In this document: in pieces, positions 58,566-64,000 of the stretch
Layout of the letters: each line of letters begins with the position of its first letter
Numbering within the stretch: position 1 is the first letter of the stretch
Sequence record: SRR31156797_1719
Length of the DNA: 64,000 bases
Strand: one strand, 5' to 3'
Translations under genes and position numbers: made by a program
The notes under the pieces: generated by a model
What the model was told of the DNA's origin: nothing
Databases searched by the model: none
What the model saw: only the letters and a program-made list of their open reading frames with translations

Positions 58566-61271
58566 ATGAATATCAGGAAGATAATAATCAATCACTTAGA
58601 AGCACCAATTGGTGTTGGCGGAGAACAAGTAAGTTTTTCGTGGCAAATCGATTCGGAAGATAGGAATATTAAACAAAAACGGTATGATTTGCAACTATCA
58701 TTAGACAATGAGTTTAAAACGGTTATCTGGCATCACAATGAGTGGAGCGAGCAATCAACGAATATCCCATATAAAGGCCCCAAGCTGGCTTCTCGACAAA
58801 CCTATCATGTACGGGTAAAAAGTCTGGCGAGCACTGGACAAGAAAGTGATTGGGGAGTAACTCATTTTGAGACAGGCTTGCTTGAAGCAGGTGATTGGCA
58901 AGCCGATTGGGTGACAACAAAATGTCCCATTGTTGAACAAGGGAAAATAAAACCGTTTACAGGTGCTTACAAGTTTACGATTCAACAAGAAGTTGTGAAA
59001 GCCAGAATTTATCTCAGTGCTCTGGGTATCTATTTTGCAGAATTAAATCAAATGAAAATTGGGGATGATTATTTTACTCCAGGCTGGACAGACTATAACG
59101 ATCGTATTCAATATCAAGTTTATGACATCACTTCGCAGTTGCAGCGCCAAAACGAAGTGCAAATAACCGTTGCGGAAGGATGGTATAGCGGCTATCTTGG
59201 TTGGGAGAAAAAGAAAGACACTTATGGAAACTTTAATGCATTTATTGCTCAGATTGAACTGACTTATGCAGATGGATCCACCGAAATAATCGGTAGTGAT
59301 GAAACGTGGCAGGAGTATAGCAATCAATGGCTTTTTGCTGATTTATACAATGGCGAGGAGCAAAATCTTCTTCTAGAAAGAAAGTATAACGGTCATTTGA
59401 AAGCGATATCTTATTCGAAAAAACAATTAACCAATCAAGAAAATGAGCCAGTACGAAAGCAAGAGGAATTGACCCCGATTGATTTGTTCCGTGATCCTTC
59501 AGGGCGTCTGGTTTTAGACATGGGACAAAATATGGTGGGATGGGTGCGTTTTACGATTAAAGGAGAAAAGAACCAAGTCGTTCGTTTGATACACGGAGAG
59601 GTGTTAGATCGAGACGGTAATTTTTATCGTGGCAATATACGGGATGCCCAACAAACAGATACGTATACATTAGACGGTTCTGTTCAAACGATCGAGCCGA
59701 TGTTCACCTTTCATGGCTTCCGTTATGTTCATTTAGAAAACTTTCCTGAAGGCATCAAAAAAGAAGATTTCTCAGGTGTGGTTTTACATTCTGACATGCC
59801 AAAGACTGGCCTTTTCGAGACCTCTGATGCAGCAATTAACCAACTACAGCACAATATTCTTTGGGGACAAAAAGGAAATTTTTTAGATGTCCCTACCGAT
59901 TGCCCGCAAAGAGATGAACGGCTAGGCTGGACTGCTGATGCACAAATTTTCTTTCCTACGGCTAGCTTTAATATGGATACGTATCAATTCTTTTATAAGT
60001 GGTTGAAAGATTTACGCTTTTCTCAAATGAAAGATGGATCAGTTCCCTTTGTTGTTCCGGATGTCTTAAAAGGGGTCTTTGCAGATAATGCTGCAAGAAC
60101 AACCGCAGCTTGGGGGGATGCTGCAACGATTGTACCGTGGGAAATGTATCAACGATACGGGGATCGCCAAATCTTAGAAGAAAGCTTTGACAGTATGAAA
60201 GCTTGGGTGGATTACATCCGAGGACAAGGGCCCGAAGAAGCGCTGTGGAATACGGGATTGCAACTTGGGGACTGGTTAGCGCTGGATGCAGAAGAAGGCA
60301 GTTTTTTTGGCGCAACGGATGAAACACTCGTTGCTACTTGCTATTTTGCTTATTCTACCAGAATCGTTGCAAACACTGCTCGCATATTAGGGAAGTATCA
60401 AGAATACAAGATTTATGATGAGCTGTATCGCACAGTCAAAACGAAAATAGGAGAAACTTATGTTACAGATAATGGGTTAACTAGCGATACTCAAACAGCC
60501 CATATTCTTATCCTGATGTTCGAACTTTATCCAGAAGGGCAAAAGCTTTCTATTGTCAATCGACTAGTAGAATTGATTGAACAAAAAGATCGGCACCTCG
60601 ATACAGGCTTTATTGGGAGTCCCTATATCTGCCACGTTCTCTCGGAAAATGGTCATTTAGATTTAGCCTACCAGTTACTTTTTAACAAAGATCTTCCCTC
60701 ATGGTTGTACCAAGTAGAAAAAGGAGCGACAACGGTTTGGGAGCATTGGGATGGAATCAAAAATGACGGAACGTTTTGGGATGATGGGATGAATTCGTTT
60801 AACCATTATGCATATGGATCGATTGGTAATTGGATGTATGAAACAATCGCCGGCATTAAGGTAAAAGCTCCGGGTTATCAGCAATCAATTATTGCTCCTA
60901 AGTTATCTCAGCACTTAACACATTGCAATGCTTCATTAGAAACGATGTTTGGTTCCTTGTGCAGTAGTTGGAAACGAAACGAAGAGACTTATGAACTAAC
61001 GGTTGTAGTACCTGCTAATACAGAAGCAGAGATCGTTTTACCATCAGTAGCTGATCAAGAAAACGTGCAAAGAGAAATCAGTGAAACCTGGCAGCCAAAG
61101 CGATTTGGTCACAGATCAGGGCGCACAGTCGTTGATATCGGCATTGCGAAATATGTGGAACATGAAGCAGAGTATCCATCGGTACAAGAAGGACCAAATG
61201 ATCTCACAGTCTTCGTGGGATCAGGCACCTATCATATACGTTATGAATTAGAAAGGAAAGAAAATAAATGA
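58566..61271 (+). CDS. Alpha-L-rhamnosidase (GH78)
   Basis: PGWTDY, DMGQNMVG, FTFHGFRY, PTDCPQRDERLGWTADA, GDWL, GATTVWEHW, MNSFNHYAYG; start ATG 58566. Confidence 0.94.
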   Translation: MNIRKIIINHLEAPIGVGGEQVSFSWQIDSEDRNIKQKRYDLQLSLDNEFKTVIWHHNEWSEQSTNIPYKGPKLASRQTYHVRVKSLASTGQESDWGVTHFETGLLEAGDWQADWVTTKCPIVEQGKIKPFTGAYKFTIQQEVVKARIYLSALGIYFAELNQMKIGDDYFTPGWTDYNDRIQYQVYDITSQLQRQNEVQITVAEGWYSGYLGWEKKKDTYGNFNAFIAQIELTYADGSTEIIGSDETWQEYSNQWLFADLYNGEEQNLLLERKYNGHLKAISYSKKQLTNQENEPVRKQEELTPIDLFRDPSGRLVLDMGQNMVGWVRFTIKGEKNQVVRLIHGEVLDRDGNFYRGNIRDAQQTDTYTLDGSVQTIEPMFTFHGFRYVHLENFPEGIKKEDFSGVVLHSDMPKTGLFETSDAAINQLQHNILWGQKGNFLDVPTDCPQRDERLGWTADAQIFFPTASFNMDTYQFFYKWLKDLRFSQMKDGSVPFVVPDVLKGVFADNAARTTAAWGDAATIVPWEMYQRYGDRQILEESFDSMKAWVDYIRGQGPEEALWNTGLQLGDWLALDAEEGSFFGATDETLVATCYFAYSTRIVANTARILGKYQEYKIYDELYRTVKTKIGETYVTDNGLTSDTQTAHILILMFELYPEGQKLSIVNRLVELIEQKDRHLDTGFIGSPYICHVLSENGHLDLAYQLLFNKDLPSWLYQVEKGATTVWEHWDGIKNDGTFWDDGMNSFNHYAYGSIGNWMYETIAGIKVKAPGYQQSIIAPKLSQHLTHCNASLETMFGSLCSSWKRNEETYELTVVVPANTEAEIVLPSVADQENVQREISETWQPKRFGHRSGRTVVDIGIAKYVEHEAEYPSVQEGPNDLTVFVGSGTYHIRYELERKENK

Positions 61272-62434
61272 CGAAAAAACGAGGTTTCCTATTTAAGTTA
61301 ACGCTTTTGTCAATCTCTTTATTACTAACATCGGCGAATGCTATTTCCATGACAATTCCTATGATTCAAGCTAATTTTCCAGATATCAGCCAAACGACAA
61401 TTGAATCTTTAGTGACCGTCCCCTCTTTTACCATGATGATTTTTGTCTTGTTAAGCGGTTTTATTTCATCAAAAATTGGAAGCAAGAAAACTGTTATGCT
61501 AGGCTTGTTGCTCTCTTTGGTTGGTGGTGTGTTTCCCCTATTTACCCAGAATTTTACGTTGATTTATCTGTCTCGCTTTATTTTTGGGGCAGGTCTAGGC
61601 TGTTACAACTCTTTAGCTGTAAGTTTGATCAACGATTTTTATGAAGGTGATGAAAAGCAAGCGCTGATTGGGTTTCAAAGCGCTGCCCAAAGTTTAGGAT
61701 CAAGTTTTGCAACGTTTTTAGCAGGGATCCTTGCGACTGTCAATTGGCATTATGCTTTTGCCGTCTACTTATTAGCATTGCCTCTCTTGATCTTATTTCA
61801 GTTTGTTGTACCAGAGACTCAAGGAGCTTCTCAACAGATGAAAAAGACAAAACAACAGATCAATCTGCCAACGTTTTTTTATGCAGCTGGCCTCTTTGCG
61901 CTCTTGGCAATGGTAATGGTCGTCTTTACAAAAGTAGGCTCTTTGGTCAGCGAACAGCAGATGGCGCATGCTAATTTTCTAGGGACAGCACTCTCCTTAA
62001 TGACGTTAGCAGGGTTTATTAGTGGCTTAGTGTACGGAAAGTTCTTTCAGATTTTTCGCCAATTTACCCCTGTGGTTGGTGGGGGAGTGGCAACGATCAG
62101 TTTCTTTTTGCTTTCGATGGCTACTAACATCTATGCAGTGACTAGTTATCTTGTGTTGATTGGATTTTGTTTATCTTTGTTCATTCCTTACATCTTTGGT
62201 GCTTTGCTGGGCGCTGCACCAAAAGGATCAGAAACATTAGCAGTTTCGGTGGGGATGGTCGGCTCGAATCTAGGGTCTTTTTCTTCCCCTTACATTAGTT
62301 CTTTTTTCGCTCGTATTTTTGGAAACACCACAGCAAGTTTTGCTTTAGGAATTGCTGGTGCTGGCTTTCTTATGTTAACGGTGATTTTCTTTGTGGATAT
62401 TTTAAGAAAAAGAAAGCAGGTAGCCAATAACTAA
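61268..62434 (+). CDS. MFS transporter
   Basis: About 12 hydrophobic segments, G.ISSKIG.KK motif A, R.IFG.GLG. Confidence 0.88.
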   Translation: MTKKRGFLFKLTLLSISLLLTSANAISMTIPMIQANFPDISQTTIESLVTVPSFTMMIFVLLSGFISSKIGSKKTVMLGLLLSLVGGVFPLFTQNFTLIYLSRFIFGAGLGCYNSLAVSLINDFYEGDEKQALIGFQSAAQSLGSSFATFLAGILATVNWHYAFAVYLLALPLLILFQFVVPETQGASQQMKKTKQQINLPTFFYAAGLFALLAMVMVVFTKVGSLVSEQQMAHANFLGTALSLMTLAGFISGLVYGKFFQIFRQFTPVVGGGVATISFFLLSMATNIYAVTSYLVLIGFCLSLFIPYIFGALLGAAPKGSETLAVSVGMVGSNLGSFSSPYISSFFARIFGNTTASFALGIAGAGFLMLTVIFFVDILRKRKQVANN

Positions 62435-62454
62435 ATGATTTTGCTGAACACACC

Positions 62455-63453
62455 CTAATGAGTTTTTTCATGGCTCCGCATACTTTTGGGAGTCGTTTGA
62501 AACACTCGTTTAAATTGCCGATAAAAATAGCTTGTGGAGTGAAAGCCTGCAGTAGCAGCAATTTCTTCTATTGAATAAGTCGAATGCAACAGTAAATCTT
62601 TCGCAACTAATAGCCTTTTTTGGAGGAGAGTCTCTTGGAAATTTTTCCCAGTTCCTTTTTTTAACGCGTTGCTGATATAGTTTGCATTGAAGTTGAAGAC
62701 TTGACTAAGCTCGTTTAAGGACACACTTTGGTAGTGTTCATCAATATATTCAAGAACATCAAGCGCATTAAACTGACTGGTCTGATTTCTACTAACTTCG
62801 ATCGTATAAAGCCGCATCAATTCTGAGAGGATCAGTTGTAAATATTGGCTAATAAAACGAAAATCGATGACTTCTGATCGCCAGTACTCTTGCAACAGTA
62901 ATTGAACTTGGGTATGTAAGTGCGGCGTAGAGCTGGTATGAAAAAGTAGGAACTGATCATGTTGGGCTTGTTCATCAAATGCAGTAGCCAAAAAATTCCC
63001 GATCAAGCTATTATTACGTTCTAACTGTAGGCAAAATAATGAAGTAAAGGTTTGATCATTAATTAATATATTGATGAGTAAGTCGTCTTCTTTTAATGGA
63101 TCGATAGAGTGGGGAACATCGCGATCTAACACACAAAAATCGCCTTCAGTCAGGAGTATTTTTTGACCTTTGATGTATTGGGTACATTCGCCACTATAAA
63201 CATAATTTATTTCAATAAAGTCATGAATGTGTTCGATCATCGGCCCAAAACGATTGTGCTTTGCAATATATACCTGATTTCCTTGGAAAAACGGGGCTTT
63301 GGGCAGTCGGAAATGACCTGTCGCAGAATCAAATAAATCGTTACCATTATCTGAAAGGTTCGGAATATTATTGATGCTCGTCCCTGTTTTTCGTTGTTCT
63401 TTTTCGTAGTCATTGATCTCTCTAAGGTAGGTTTCTAATTCTTGTTGATTCAA
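62455..63453 (-). CDS. AraC family regulator with cupin sensor domain
   Basis: H.HDFIEINYVYSG, C-terminal IA..AGF.S.SYFYRQFKR; TTG start with AGGAGG. Confidence 0.9.
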   Translation of the reverse strand: MNQQELETYLREINDYEKEQRKTGTSINNIPNLSDNGNDLFDSATGHFRLPKAPFFQGNQVYIAKHNRFGPMIEHIHDFIEINYVYSGECTQYIKGQKILLTEGDFCVLDRDVPHSIDPLKEDDLLINILINDQTFTSLFCLQLERNNSLIGNFLATAFDEQAQHDQFLLFHTSSTPHLHTQVQLLLQEYWRSEVIDFRFISQYLQLILSELMRLYTIEVSRNQTSQFNALDVLEYIDEHYQSVSLNELSQVFNFNANYISNALKKGTGKNFQETLLQKRLLVAKDLLLHSTYSIEEIAATAGFHSTSYFYRQFKRVFQTTPKSMRSHEKTH

Positions 63454-63522
63454 GAGCGATATCCTCCTATTAATTTAAAACATGGTATGTAATAAAAGTA
63501 GCAAGAGAAAGGAAAGATAGCA

Positions 63523-64000
63523 ATGAAAACTTATTTGGCAATTGATATTGGTGGAACATATTTGAAATTCGCGCTAATCGATGCGTTTGGAAAAATGCAA
63601 GACGTCCAAAGAGAGAAAACGCCGCAAACCTTGTTCGGGTTAAAGCGATTGTTAGTATCGATCATAGCTGCACAAGGAGGAGATATTGCTGGTGTAGGAA
63701 TTTGTTGCCCTGGTAAAATCGATCATACTCAAGGGATAATATTTAATGGAGGGGCATTACCGTTTCTACATGAATTTGCTATTTGTGATTTTATTGAAAC
63801 AACATTTAATCTCCCTTGCTTAGTCTGCAATGATGGAAAGGCAGCAGCATTAGCTGAATTATGGTTGGGTAATCTAAAAGGAAAGAAGAACGCTGCAGCG
63901 ATCGTTTTAGGAACAGGCGTCGGAGGTGGAATCATTTTAGATGGAGCGATTCTTCAGGGAGAGCATTTTCAGGCAGGGGAATTGAGTTTTTTGCCACGAA
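63523..64000 (+). CDS. ROK family sugar kinase/regulator (truncated by window end)
   Basis: Translated by hand: MKTYLAIDIGGT, GICCPG, NDGKAAALAELWLG, LGTGVGGG, AGELS. Confidence 0.9.
   Translation, partial: MKTYLAIDIGGTYLKFALIDAFGKMQDVQREKTPQTLFGLKRLLVSIIAAQGGDIAGVGICCPGKIDHTQGIIFNGGALPFLHEFAICDFIETTFNLPCLVCNDGKAAALAELWLGNLKGKKNAAAIVLGTGVGGGIILDGAILQGEHFQAGELSFLPR

Overview
Chromosomal window from a low-GC Firmicute. Gene content and style suggest an Enterococcus of the casseliflavus/gallinarum type (inference). The first ~21 kb is an AT-richer accessory-type patchwork: MarR + B3/4 tRNA-editing protein, a P-type ATPase, an HxlR-centred cluster (PEBP, major-royal-jelly protein, Zn-ADH, acetolactate synthase-like enzyme), MerR/aldo-keto reductase and a GNAT. 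It ends in the most interesting locus, a compact putative RiPP cluster (15995-20460). That cluster has a 52-aa precursor peptide with a single Cys and a His/Pro core (CGSNQHSHHPP), an ABC exporter and two divergently transcribed radical SAM/SPASM enzymes. The rest of the window holds a lipoprotein-gadC-gadB operon with a RofA/Mga-like regulator, photolyase, cardiolipin synthase, a cst-like sulfide detoxification operon and a BglG/RAT-controlled beta-glucoside PTS operon. It also holds a BASS transporter + Fe-ADH operon behind an unannotated Ile/Leu leader-peptide attenuator, a second P-type ATPase, the FMN riboswitch-ribDEAH operon, a CodY/Fur-boxed iron-chelate ABC importer, MazG, LOG, Dus and a GH78 rhamnosidase/MFS/AraC/ROK cluster. 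I found no rRNA, tRNA, CRISPR array, integrase or transposase. All family calls come from motif recognition by eye, not from database searches.
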